From a virus: a stretch of 64,000 nucleotides of DNA. The stretch lies in IMG/VR virus record IMGVR_UViG_3300021141_000706; one strand, 5' to 3'. Both the position numbers and the translations under genes were made by a program. Positions within the stretch are counted from its first letter, which is position 1, and each line of letters opens with the position of its first letter. Shown piece by piece: positions 49,193 to 58,447 of this stretch. The notes under the pieces are model-generated. The model ran no database searches and was not told the DNA's origin. It was given only the letters and a program-made list of their open reading frames with translations.

Positions 49193-49653
49193 CACATAAA
49201 TTAACTTATTTAAAAGATGCGGTTGGGAATAATTATGTTGGAATTAATATTCCAAATGAAGTTGTCGAACCACATTTAGAAAAACTAAAAGAAATTTTAG
49301 GTGAAGAAGATTTTGAAATCTTTACACAAAATCAAAAGACGAGAGATCACGGACACTATCACATTACTGTTATTAATGTAATGGATTGTAACCGACTTTC
49401 TAAAGAAATGGGAATGGCTAACTTTGTTAAATCAGTTGAATTAGCATTTGATTATACTGTAGAAGATTTAGAACTATTAGGTGTTGGCATGGCTTCTAAG
49501 AATGCCAATACCGCTTACTTTATAGTTTGCTCATCTGATAGTTTAGATGCCGTTAGAACTCGTTTTAACTTACCTAAACAAGACTTTCATGTTACACTTG
49601 GTTTCAATACTAAAGATGTGTTTGGTGTTCCAAAAAATTTGGTAATAAATTAA
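49189..49653 (+). CDS. 2H phosphoesterase (RNA-repair type)
   Basis: HITV and HVTL motifs; coupled to cca. Confidence 0.85.
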   Translation: MTHKLTYLKDAVGNNYVGINIPNEVVEPHLEKLKEILGEEDFEIFTQNQKTRDHGHYHITVINVMDCNRLSKEMGMANFVKSVELAFDYTVEDLELLGVGMASKNANTAYFIVCSSDSLDAVRTRFNLPKQDFHVTLGFNTKDVFGVPKNLVIN

Positions 49654-49704
49654 AACTTTTTTTAATTTCTAAATAAGAAAGAAACAATTATAAATAAATT
49701 TAAA

Positions 49705-49980
49705 ATGGAACTATTTAATTATTACAGCATGGACGAGTGTCCAGAAAGAAAAGTGATCAAAAAAAGACTTACTCAATTAGAAGAAGAAGGCAAAATCGAT
49801 TTTGATATCGATGGAGACATTCTTAAAATATCAGACTTAGATTTAGATGAAGATGAGGTTGCTGAGTTAGTAGAAATGTTTGATAAATATGATGTCTTTC
49901 CTTATCCTGATTATGAAGAAGGAATAGATGATGAAGAAGATGATTACTATGATGGTTTTGACGAAGAAGACGATTATTAA
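49705..49980 (+). CDS. highly acidic small protein
   Basis: D/E-rich 91-aa ORF. Confidence 0.7.
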   Translation: MELFNYYSMDECPERKVIKKRLTQLEEEGKIDFDIDGDILKISDLDLDEDEVAELVEMFDKYDVFPYPDYEEGIDDEEDDYYDGFDEEDDY

Positions 49981-50007
49981 TATCAAATTGAATCAATAAG
50001 ACCTAAT

Positions 50008-50038
50008 AAAAAAACCCAATCATTTGATTGGGTTTTTT
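50008..50038. terminator. bidirectional intrinsic terminator
   Basis: A7-CCCAATC-attt-GATTGGG-T6; near-copy of the terminator at 3668. Confidence 0.85.
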
Positions 50039-50040
50039 AT

Positions 50041-52854
50041 TTAGAATGTATATTTAACTGAGGCTGATATTGTTTGACCAAAGTTTATGTTTTGCCAATT
50101 GTTATCACCTTTATCATACTTTTGATTACCGTTCAAGTCTTGGAAGTAAACTAAGTCTTGAGCTAAGATATCTTTTATATTAAGTTTTGTTTCAAAGTGT
50201 TTACCAAACTTTTTAGATACTTGAAAGTCTATAACATTTCTTCCATTTTCCCAAACTGAAGGCTCTTGAATATTACCTACAATGTAAATTCTTTGACCAA
50301 TTACATTATAAGATAAAGTTACTGTCATATCTTTCTTAGGTGTATTATAGAATATACCAGAGTTTATAATGTAAGGTGACTGACCTTGTAGTGGTCTGTT
50401 CTCACCAGAACCAATGAAGTGACTCATATCAACTGTTGACTTTATTAAAGACAGGTTTGAATAAACTGTTATGTTATCCCATACTTTACTTTCTTTCTTA
50501 CAGAATGTTCCTAAGTTATATCTAATTTCAAATTCAGCACCGATATTTGTTACTTTATTTACATTAGCGTAGTAAAGTTCAGGTGCTCCTGATGTACCAG
50601 TTCTATTGATTAACTCAATTGGATTCTCAAATGTTTTATAGAAACCAGATACAGATATGATTTGACCTTTACCAGGATACATTTCCCATCTAACATCAAA
50701 GTTATCTATGGTAGCTCTTTTCAAATTAGGGTTACCACTTACTATATTATCAATAACAAAGTTATAGAAACTAAATGGTGCTAACTCTCTAAACTCTGGA
50801 CGAGAAACTGTTCTATAATAAGAACCTCTTACTTTCATCTTTTTGTTTAACGAATAAACTATATTAACTGATGGTAAGAAATCAACAACTGTTGTATCAA
50901 TATGTTTATTTTCGTTAGAACCAAACTCAATATAATTAAATTGTTGATTATATGACTCTATTCTTAAACCACCAATGATTCTAAACTTCTCACCAATCTT
51001 TGTATCTGTCATTGCGAAAGCCGCATTTAGAAAAGAGTTGGCTTGATAACTATCATCAACATTTGTAGCTTCATCTAATTTGAAACCTCCTTGACCATTT
51101 GATAAAAGACCCATATTTTCTTGAGAGAATATCTCATCTGGTCCTAATAGTAGTAAGTTACTATTGAATGTGCTACCTGTTGGTTTGTATTGAGAGAACC
51201 CTAAGTTTCTTGATGAGAAATCACGAGTTCTGTATTGATGCCATCCACCTATCTTAAATTCATTTTCTATTTTATTAAAAGTAAAAGGAATAGACCAATC
51301 ATAATTAGCACTGTAGATTTTCTCAGATGATTTAGACCAAAACATATTACCAGCCGCAGTTGGAATAGTTCCATTTTGTTGAATAATAGCTGTCCATTGT
51401 TGAGTTGTATCATCTTCAAGTAATGAATACTTACGATAAACTAATCTTCTAAGATTTGGAATATCTCTTTTAACATCACTGAATCCTAAATTCCAGTTCA
51501 ATTTAGTTTTCTTAATCTCATGTTTACCATATAGTTGTTGAGTTAATAAATTGTTTTGTGTATACCAGAAGTTTGTTGATCTTTCCCATTGACGAGGATC
51601 ATTATCCATCTCTCTAACACCGTTTCTAATATTTACTTTATCTTCTGAATTGATAGAATAAAGATTTTTGAATCTAATTATGTTCTTATCATTAATCTGA
51701 TAAGCAAAGTTTAACATAGCACTATTCAAAATAGTTTGAGTAAATACAGAATCTTTCAATTCCATTTTTTGAACAACACCTGCTGATTGTTCTTCAAAGT
51801 CTCTTCTTACTGAGTTATTCATAGTAGAAGCACTTTGATAACTATAAGCGAAAGTTATACCAAGTGAGTTATCTTTTTTGAATTTGATATATCTACCAAT
51901 CGAGTATTGTAAACTACCAATTGGTAAAGCCAATCTTGATTTAGTTGACCAAGAAGTGTTAATCATTTTTGATAAATCCGCCTTATCTGACTTATTTAGA
52001 GTAGAAAAGTCTAAAGTACTTGGCATTGATTCAGGTAAACTTCTATAGTTAGAACCAAACCCTAAGAAGTCAGTAGAACTTCCTTGATAAGTTTTGAAGT
52101 TTTGAAATGTAGATATCGCATTGAATCCTAAACCATACTGAATACTTTGAAACTTAGAATCTTTTGGTTCAGATGTGCTGATATTAATAACACCACCAGC
52201 AAACTCACCTGGCATATCTGGTGAACCAGACTTCATAACAATTAGATTATCTAACATATTAGAAGGAAAGATATCAAATGAGAAAGCTTTTCTATCTGAT
52301 TCTGAACTTGGTAGTGGAGAACCATTTATTAGAGCGAAGTTGTATCTATCATTTAGACCACGAATAACTACAAACTTATTATCTTGTACAGAAGCACCAC
52401 TCACTCTTTTGAATACATCTGATACTTTCGTATCTGGTGTTTTCTTAAAAGTTTCAGCATTAACACCATCTTGAACGACAGCACTGTTGCTTTGTTGTTT
52501 AACTAAATCAACTGTTGATTCTTTATTAGCTTTAGCTTTAACTGTAACAGTTCCTATGTCTAAAGTTTTTTCCTTTAACTTTATATTTAAAGTGTCTTTT
52601 GATGTCGCTTTAATGAATTGTGAATGATAACCCATGTATCTAAATTCTAAAGAGTAAGTAGGTTTATCTAAACCTTTCAATTCAAATTTACCATTTATGT
52701 CAGTTGTGGTTCCTTTTCCGGACTCACCTTGAATTAGTATCAACACGCCAATGACTGGCTCGTTTGAAATCGAGTCAGTCACTGTGCCTGATATTTGTGA
52801 AAATGCTGTAAGTGTCGATATTAAGAATGTAAATATCAGTAAGAGTTTTTTCAT
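50041..52854 (-). CDS. TonB-dependent receptor with N-terminal carboxypeptidase-regulatory-like domain
   Basis: Signal peptide; plug VIRGLNDRYN; RPEFRELAPF; GNPNL; terminal KYTF. Confidence 0.93.
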   Translation of the reverse strand: MKKLLLIFTFLISTLTAFSQISGTVTDSISNEPVIGVLILIQGESGKGTTTDINGKFELKGLDKPTYSLEFRYMGYHSQFIKATSKDTLNIKLKEKTLDIGTVTVKAKANKESTVDLVKQQSNSAVVQDGVNAETFKKTPDTKVSDVFKRVSGASVQDNKFVVIRGLNDRYNFALINGSPLPSSESDRKAFSFDIFPSNMLDNLIVMKSGSPDMPGEFAGGVINISTSEPKDSKFQSIQYGLGFNAISTFQNFKTYQGSSTDFLGFGSNYRSLPESMPSTLDFSTLNKSDKADLSKMINTSWSTKSRLALPIGSLQYSIGRYIKFKKDNSLGITFAYSYQSASTMNNSVRRDFEEQSAGVVQKMELKDSVFTQTILNSAMLNFAYQINDKNIIRFKNLYSINSEDKVNIRNGVREMDNDPRQWERSTNFWYTQNNLLTQQLYGKHEIKKTKLNWNLGFSDVKRDIPNLRRLVYRKYSLLEDDTTQQWTAIIQQNGTIPTAAGNMFWSKSSEKIYSANYDWSIPFTFNKIENEFKIGGWHQYRTRDFSSRNLGFSQYKPTGSTFNSNLLLLGPDEIFSQENMGLLSNGQGGFKLDEATNVDDSYQANSFLNAAFAMTDTKIGEKFRIIGGLRIESYNQQFNYIEFGSNENKHIDTTVVDFLPSVNIVYSLNKKMKVRGSYYRTVSRPEFRELAPFSFYNFVIDNIVSGNPNLKRATIDNFDVRWEMYPGKGQIISVSGFYKTFENPIELINRTGTSGAPELYYANVNKVTNIGAEFEIRYNLGTFCKKESKVWDNITVYSNLSLIKSTVDMSHFIGSGENRPLQGQSPYIINSGIFYNTPKKDMTVTLSYNVIGQRIYIVGNIQEPSVWENGRNVIDFQVSKKFGKHFETKLNIKDILAQDLVYFQDLNGNQKYDKGDNNWQNINFGQTISASVKYTF

Positions 52855-52860
52855 ATAGAA

Positions 52861-54444
52861 TTATTTTCTAACTATAATCTTTTTTGTTGTATTATCAACT
52901 TGTAAGAAATAGATACCATTCGTAAGTGTACTAACATCTAAACTAAGATTTCCTGATACTGTTTGAGTATTAATTACTCTACCCATACCATCGATTAAAG
53001 TTACTTGTACTAATCTATCAGTTGTGATGTTTACATTGTTTGTAGCAGGGTTAGGGTAGATAGATACGTTTGTAGTTTTAGTAATCTCATTTACACTAAC
53101 AAATCCACCAACAAATTTAGAGTTTGTGAAATCAGCTCCTGTTGCTACTAATGAAGTAGAATCTAATCTACAGTCAGGTGTAGTTCCTAATGTTGGAAAA
53201 GCATTGACCCAATTGATTTGAGATACTGAAGTTGTTGTATCATTTACTGAAGCAACTGTTGTAAAGAAAGTTGGTGTGGCAGTTACATAACTAGCACCTA
53301 AAGGTAGTTCAGTTAAAACATTGTTTGAGAAAACTAATGTTCCAGATGTTACGTTATTCTCACAAGAAGGACCTTCGATTGATAATCCTTTTTCCCAACC
53401 AACTACTAAAGAGTTGAATACTGAGATAGAAGAGTTTCTTCTAATTCTAAAAGCTTTTTCAAATTTTTCACCAACTGGTAAAGATAAAGAACCATTTCCT
53501 TTAGCTCCAATAATTGTTAAGTTTGAGAATATTGCTGCTGTTTGTGGTGTGTTAGCTGAACCAGCCGCATCGTTATCTGATTCTAAACCGTTTGAGTCAC
53601 CAGCCGCATCATACATAGTATTATCACGAATGATTAAACCAAATTGAATTCTACCTCTGTAACCAAAATCAGTATCGAAGTCATCATCAATTCCTCTGTA
53701 AGCGATTAGATGTTTACAATCAACTGTGCCACCAAACCATTCGTAAGAGTCATCACCTGAGAAAGAAACTTGTATAAAGTCTACTTGAGTTCCTCTACCA
53801 ACTGAACCAAAAGTAATACCGTTGATTTCTTTGTTTGGTTCTAAAGCGATACCAGCAAATTCAATTCTTACATATTTTAATGAACCTGAGTTATCATTGT
53901 CATCTGATCCACCATATTGTGTATTAGCAGTTGGTACAATACCTTCAATGTTAGCAACACCACCTGGTTGATTATTTGTAGCTTGACCTAAGATAACTAA
54001 ACCACCCCAGTCACCTTCAGCTCTATTACCAACTGATTCATTTGAAGTGAAAACGATTGGTAAGTTTTGTGTACCTTCAGCTATTATTTTACAACCTTTA
54101 GTAACGATTAAAGTTGCTTGTGTTGCTTTGTCACCTCTGATAATTGTACCAGGTAAGATAGTTAATGTAGCTCCGTTAGTTACATAGATTTTATTTTGTA
54201 ATAAAACATTACCACCGATTGTTGTGTTTGTTGTAATGTCTGAGTTAAGTGTAGAAGTAGTTGAAGGATAGTTAGTGTTTTCTGGGTCGAAATTTGACCA
54301 TCCATATGTCCAGTTTGTACCTGGTGTTCCATCAGTTACAGGGAATGCTCCTTTGTAAGATGTTGCTGTCCAAAATGTAGACTGTGCGTTTAGACTAAGA
54401 TTAAGACCAAGTCCGATTAAAATAAGAGTAAATAATTTTCTCAT
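52861..54444 (-). CDS. secreted beta-helix protein with T9SS type A C-terminal domain
   Basis: WGGLVILG, YGG..DNDNSG.LKYVRIEFAG, DDSYEWFGG, DDDFDTD; IYPNPATN...GIYFL...KKIIVRK. Confidence 0.88.
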   Translation of the reverse strand: MRKLFTLILIGLGLNLSLNAQSTFWTATSYKGAFPVTDGTPGTNWTYGWSNFDPENTNYPSTTSTLNSDITTNTTIGGNVLLQNKIYVTNGATLTILPGTIIRGDKATQATLIVTKGCKIIAEGTQNLPIVFTSNESVGNRAEGDWGGLVILGQATNNQPGGVANIEGIVPTANTQYGGSDDNDNSGSLKYVRIEFAGIALEPNKEINGITFGSVGRGTQVDFIQVSFSGDDSYEWFGGTVDCKHLIAYRGIDDDFDTDFGYRGRIQFGLIIRDNTMYDAAGDSNGLESDNDAAGSANTPQTAAIFSNLTIIGAKGNGSLSLPVGEKFEKAFRIRRNSSISVFNSLVVGWEKGLSIEGPSCENNVTSGTLVFSNNVLTELPLGASYVTATPTFFTTVASVNDTTTSVSQINWVNAFPTLGTTPDCRLDSTSLVATGADFTNSKFVGGFVSVNEITKTTNVSIYPNPATNNVNITTDRLVQVTLIDGMGRVINTQTVSGNLSLDVSTLTNGIYFLQVDNTTKKIIVRK

Positions 54445-54561
54445 GTTTGTTTTTTGTTGTTTTTTGTTTGTTTTAATGTATATATGAATGGAGTCTGAAT
54501 TGGAAAGTGTCTAAAAAAATTAAAAAATCCTACAACATAGAGCCAGTCTAATGTTCTGTCT

Positions 54562-54603
54562 TTATTAACTAATTGTTAATTTTTGGTTGATCTATTGTAA
54601 ATT
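54562..54603. promoter_or_regulatory. four 11-bp-periodic direct repeats (candidate PhoB/OmpR-family site)
   Basis: TTAAC 54565, TTAAT 54576, TTGAT 54587, TAAAT 54598. Confidence 0.45.
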
Positions 54604-54606
54604 TAA

Positions 54607-54730
54607 TTTGGTGTAATATAAAATCTTCCGTATCTTTGTATTCACAAAGGAAGAGAAAGATTAAGAGATAAAAAAAAATAAAAAAATCTCTAAAAAAGTT
54701 TGACAAAACGAAAAAGTCTCCTTATCTTTG
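54607..54730 (+). promoter_or_regulatory. two tandem Bacteroidota-type promoters
   Basis: TTTG 54607 with TATCTTTG 54631; TTTG 54699 with TATCTTTG 54723. Confidence 0.75.
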
Positions 54731-54770
54731 TAAAACAAATAAGATAAATCACTACTTAAAAAAAGAAAAT

Positions 54771-55391
54771 ATGGCAAATCTATTCGCAAAAGCAAAGAAA
54801 TCAGCACCAGCTAAAACAACTAAAGCTAAAGACGAGAAAGTTCGTATAGCTATTGAAGACAAAACCTTCTTCGATAAAATCGAAAAGTTAGAAGTACTAC
54901 AAGACCAAATGAAAGTTGCGAAAGCGAAAGCAGATATGATTTCTGACGAGCTTCGTGACCTTGGTAAATCAGAGTGGGCTAAACTTTATGACCAAACAGG
55001 TAAAAATCCTGGCTCTGTAATGTTAGAGCAAGTTAATGCTGAAGATGTTGCTCAATTGATGTTTATCCCTACTGATAAATACATCACAATCACTCCAGAA
55101 AGAGCTGAAGAATTACAAGAAACATACGGTGCTGAAATCGTTGAAGAAGAAACTACTTTCTCTTTTGACTCTGCTATGATTGAGAAATATGGTGAAATCC
55201 TTTCTCGTCTTATCGAAGAGTCTGATGAAATCAAAGACACTGATAAAGAAAAAATCATCAAAGCTACTACTAAGTACTCTGTAGCTAAAGGTACAATCGA
55301 CAAGTTTGCTACCTACGGTGATGTAAACGAAGTGATGGATGCTGTAAAGCCAGTAGTAGCACTTAAAAACGTAGAAATTATCAAAGGATAA
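54771..55391 (+). CDS. hypothetical protein, probably early and abundant
   Basis: Tandem promoters; CGT/ATC/TTC-rich codon choice. Confidence 0.8.
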   Translation: MANLFAKAKKSAPAKTTKAKDEKVRIAIEDKTFFDKIEKLEVLQDQMKVAKAKADMISDELRDLGKSEWAKLYDQTGKNPGSVMLEQVNAEDVAQLMFIPTDKYITITPERAEELQETYGAEIVEEETTFSFDSAMIEKYGEILSRLIEESDEIKDTDKEKIIKATTKYSVAKGTIDKFATYGDVNEVMDAVKPVVALKNVEIIKG

Positions 55392-55440
55392 TATAAACTT
55401 TCTGAAAGTGAGTACATATATAATGAACTCACTTTCACTT

Positions 55441-55525
55441 GGTCGGGTGGTGGAATAGGTAGACACGAGGGACTTAAAATCCCTTGCCCCTAAAGGGCGT
55501 GCGGGTTCGATTCCCGCCTCGACTA
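55441..55525 (+). tRNA. tRNA-Leu(TAA), CCA not encoded
   Basis: GGTCGGG/CTCGACT acceptor; AGGGA-CTTAAAA-TCCCT; long variable arm; GTTCGATTC. Confidence 0.95.
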
Positions 55526-55533
55526 CAAATATT

Positions 55534-55607
55534 GGTTGCGTAGCTCAGCTGGATAGAGCAACTCACTTCTAATGAGTAGGTCACAGGTTCGAATCCTGTC
55601 GCGATCA
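55534..55607 (+). tRNA. tRNA-Arg(TCT), CCA not encoded
   Basis: GGTTGCG/CGCGATC; ACTCA-CTTCTAA-TGAGT; GTTCGAATC. Confidence 0.95.
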
Positions 55608-55620
55608 CAAATCAAATAAA

Positions 55621-55878
55621 ATGAGAACATCAATACTATCAGTGGCTGCTTTAGGAATTCTATCAATTGGTTTTATGTTTGGTTCAGTTGTATCAAACGG
55701 TAAACGTGAGAAGATAGAACAGTCTTATCAAAGTAAAATTGACTCACTAGGTCTTATAATTGAAGATAAAGACTGGCAAATTGAAGAATTAGAAAAAGAA
55801 ATCTCTTTTAGAGAATCAGAAATTAGCTACTGGGGTCAAAAGTACGATTCGCTTCGATTCGAAGAAAATTGGCCCTAA
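55621..55878 (+). CDS. membrane-anchored coiled-coil protein
   Basis: N-terminal hydrophobic helix. Confidence 0.65.
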   Translation: MRTSILSVAALGILSIGFMFGSVVSNGKREKIEQSYQSKIDSLGLIIEDKDWQIEELEKEISFRESEISYWGQKYDSLRFEENWP

Positions 55879-55960
55879 TAAAGTAGCCCTTGGGCCTCGT
55901 TAAGCCTCTTACCCTAGTGGTAACGTAACGAGTGGGAGTAGGGTAACACCGACGCCTCCC
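55871..55960 (+). ncRNA. unidentified structured GC-rich element (possible pseudoknot)
   Basis: CTCGTTA/TAACGAG crossing TTACCCTA/TAGGGTAA; GGGAG/CTCCC. Confidence 0.35.
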
Positions 55961-55966
55961 AAATTT

Positions 55967-56040
55967 GGTCCTGTAGCTCAGTTGGTTAGAGCAACTGACT
56001 CATAATCAGTAGGTCCACGGTTCGAGCCCGTGCGGGACCA
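55967..56040 (+). tRNA. tRNA with CAT anticodon, probably Ile2 (reads AUA after lysidine modification); CCA not encoded
   Basis: GGTCCTG/CGGGACC with C4-G69 and C5-G68; ACTGA-CTCATAA-TCAGT; no initiator features. Confidence 0.9.
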
Positions 56041-56057
56041 CTAAAAAAGAAAAGAAT

Positions 56058-56240
56058 ATGAATATGAATTTTATAAATGAAAACATCGAAGTTCTAACTC
56101 AGTTAGAAAAAGAATTTCCAAATAATATGGAGTTTGGAAATGCTATTAGAAGTAGATTTATGGATGAAGAGTTCGTAAGAAGTCTACCCAATGACCAAGA
56201 GTTTGGTAAAGAAGTTAGAAAAATAATTAAAAATATCTAA
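56058..56240 (+). CDS. small protein with internal duplication
   Basis: PNNMEFGNAIR and PNDQEFGKEVR. Confidence 0.65.
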   Translation: MNMNFINENIEVLTQLEKEFPNNMEFGNAIRSRFMDEEFVRSLPNDQEFGKEVRKIIKNI

Positions 56241-56247
56241 AATAAAT

Positions 56248-56278
56248 TTTGTCGGTTCGAAAAAAGTTCCTACATTTG
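56248..56278 (+). promoter_or_regulatory. Bacteroidota-type promoter
   Basis: TTTG 56248-51; TACATTTG 56271-78. Confidence 0.75.
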
Positions 56279-56310
56279 TATAAATAATTAAAAAACATAA
56301 AAAATAAGAT

Positions 56311-57450
56311 ATGGCTGAAATGACACAAAAATCCACAATGCCTCAATCAGTGATTGAGAATCTTTCAAAGTTAACCGAGAAAGAGCGTAAATACTTTGCC
56401 GTGATGTGGGCAAAATATGGTGTATTGAATATTACATCTAAACCAGGCGTTGCGAAGTCTGCTATTGGTAAATCAATTGCCGATAAAATGAACTTCCGAT
56501 ATATGGATATTCGTTTGTCAATGGTTGACGAAACTGACGTGGGTTTGTATCCATCTATCAACGAAATTGAAGTTGATGGTAAGATGGTTAAGTGTTTGGA
56601 CTTCGTTGTTCCTCGTTGGGCAGTTGAAGCTAACAAGCAACCAACGATTATCCACTTTGAAGAGTTGAACCGTGCTTCTCAGCAAGTTCGTAATGCCGCT
56701 CTTCAAATCCTACTTGAGCGTCAGATTGGTACTGACTTCAAATTCAACGATAGCGTACTTATGATGTCTTCTGGTAACTTAGGTGACGAAGACGGAACAG
56801 ACGTTGAAGAGTTTGACTCTGCCTTGAACAACCGTTTGGTTCACATCAACCATACATTGTCAGTTGACGAGTGGATTAAAGACTTCGCGATGGATAACTG
56901 TCACAAGTTAATCACCTCTTTCATCAAAGCTCACCCAGAGCAAATGTACAAAGGTGCCACTGAGAACACAAAGGCTTACGCTACTCCACGTTCTTGGACT
57001 ATGATGTCTAAGTTCATCACCGAAAACTTCGGTCAAGATGCTTCACCTCGTGAGTTCTTGCCTTTGTTGAAAGAGGTGGCAAGTGGTTACTTAGGTAACT
57101 CTGCTGTGAAGTTCGTTCAATACTGCGAAGATATGTTGAATATTTCTATCAACGATGTAATCAACAACTACGACGGTATCAAGAAAGACCTTGAGAAGTA
57201 CAACCGTGATAAGAACTCTGAATTGATTCAATCATTGAAAGAGATCGATATCACCAAGTTGAATAAGAAACAACTTGACAACGTTGTAAAGTTCTTGAAC
57301 AACGTGGGTGATGATGAGAAAACCGCTTACTTGCTTTACATCTTAGATAACATCGCCGATGTAACGAACCCAACCTTGAAGACTTTCTTGCTTCAGTTCG
57401 AAGACCTTCTTCGTACTATCAAGAAAATCAACAAGCCTGGTAGTAAGTAA
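56311..57450 (+). CDS. MoxR-like AAA+ ATPase
   Basis: SKPGVAKS (variant Walker A), IIHFEELNRA, SGN, ALNNRL, ATPRSW. Confidence 0.88.
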   Translation: MAEMTQKSTMPQSVIENLSKLTEKERKYFAVMWAKYGVLNITSKPGVAKSAIGKSIADKMNFRYMDIRLSMVDETDVGLYPSINEIEVDGKMVKCLDFVVPRWAVEANKQPTIIHFEELNRASQQVRNAALQILLERQIGTDFKFNDSVLMMSSGNLGDEDGTDVEEFDSALNNRLVHINHTLSVDEWIKDFAMDNCHKLITSFIKAHPEQMYKGATENTKAYATPRSWTMMSKFITENFGQDASPREFLPLLKEVASGYLGNSAVKFVQYCEDMLNISINDVINNYDGIKKDLEKYNRDKNSELIQSLKEIDITKLNKKQLDNVVKFLNNVGDDEKTAYLLYILDNIADVTNPTLKTFLLQFEDLLRTIKKINKPGSK

Positions 57451-57471
57451 TCAGAACCAGCCAATCTGATT

Positions 57472-57507
57472 AAAAAGGGGATGTCAGTATTGATATCCCC
57501 TTTTTTT
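57472..57507 (+). terminator. intrinsic terminator
   Basis: GGGGATGTCA-gtat-TGATATCCCC-T7. Confidence 0.85.
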
Positions 57508-57542
57508 CTAAACAAATTATTCATAAATAGATATAATCTACA

Positions 57543-57809
57543 ATGGAAACATATCAAGTACAACTGGTTCTAATAAATAAATTCGGTGAGTTCAAAGGAA
57601 AACCAGCGGATATTGACGAAGAAAAATATGACAATTTAATTAAAATGTCTAGAACATTTTATGCCAGTGGTGGATTTGAATTAACATGTGAAGATGATTC
57701 ATATGCTATATTTCCACCAAACATTGTAGAAGAATCTATATTAATAATAAATAAAAAAATCATAACTGATATAACATCAGAAGAAGGAGAAGAAAATGTA
57801 CAAGAGTAA
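57543..57809 (+). CDS. hypothetical protein
   Basis: 88-aa ORF in a co-directional run. Confidence 0.65.
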   Translation: METYQVQLVLINKFGEFKGKPADIDEEKYDNLIKMSRTFYASGGFELTCEDDSYAIFPPNIVEESILIINKKIITDITSEEGEENVQE

Positions 57810-58446
57810 GTTTAAACGTTTTGGAGGTGAATATATTCCAGACATAATAGAATACCTAAAGGACTATCTAAAAGATGATCCTACTGCTACGATTACAGTT
57901 GGTTGCGACTCTATTCAAAAGAGACGTAGAACTGTTTATGCTGTTACGATTATGATGTATAATACAGATTTAAGAAATGGTGCTCACGTTATTTTCTTCC
58001 GTGAATCTTGTGATAAGATTAGAGATAATCAAGAAAGACTTTATAAAGAAGCTCAATATCTTCATGATGTTGGTGTTTATCTTGATGAAGAATTATCTAA
58101 TTTTTATGAAAGAAAAGACTTAACTGAAATAGAAAGAAAAAGATATAAGTTTCACTTAGCCAAGTGTAATCACGAATATTCTCATGTACCACTACATCTT
58201 GAAGAAGGTGTAATGAATGCTATGAACTTAGTACCTGCTGATAGAATGTACTTTAGATTAGTTGATATTCATATTGACTTTAATCCAAATGAAGGAACTA
58301 AGAATGAAAGAGGTGTTAGTAAGAATAAGTCTTATGCTGCCTATAAAGCTTATGTGCCTTGGTTAAGAGGTATGGGATTCAGAACTTGGGCTAAGCCGCT
58401 TGCCTTTGGAGCCACAACAGCGGCAGATCTTTTACTTCAAGACTAA
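57796..58446 (+). CDS. RNase H-like YkuK (DUF458) protein
   Basis: VGCDS, GAHV, RLYKEA, IHIDFN, KP.AFGATTAAD. Confidence 0.82.
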   Translation: MYKSKFKRFGGEYIPDIIEYLKDYLKDDPTATITVGCDSIQKRRRTVYAVTIMMYNTDLRNGAHVIFFRESCDKIRDNQERLYKEAQYLHDVGVYLDEELSNFYERKDLTEIERKRYKFHLAKCNHEYSHVPLHLEEGVMNAMNLVPADRMYFRLVDIHIDFNPNEGTKNERGVSKNKSYAAYKAYVPWLRGMGFRTWAKPLAFGATTAADLLLQD

Positions 58447-58447
58447 T

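Noticed and set aside
55871-55960. HDV-like/theta ribozyme
   Set aside because: It is not at a tRNA 3' end, the first stem does not start with G, and no P3/L3 or catalytic-C junction fits
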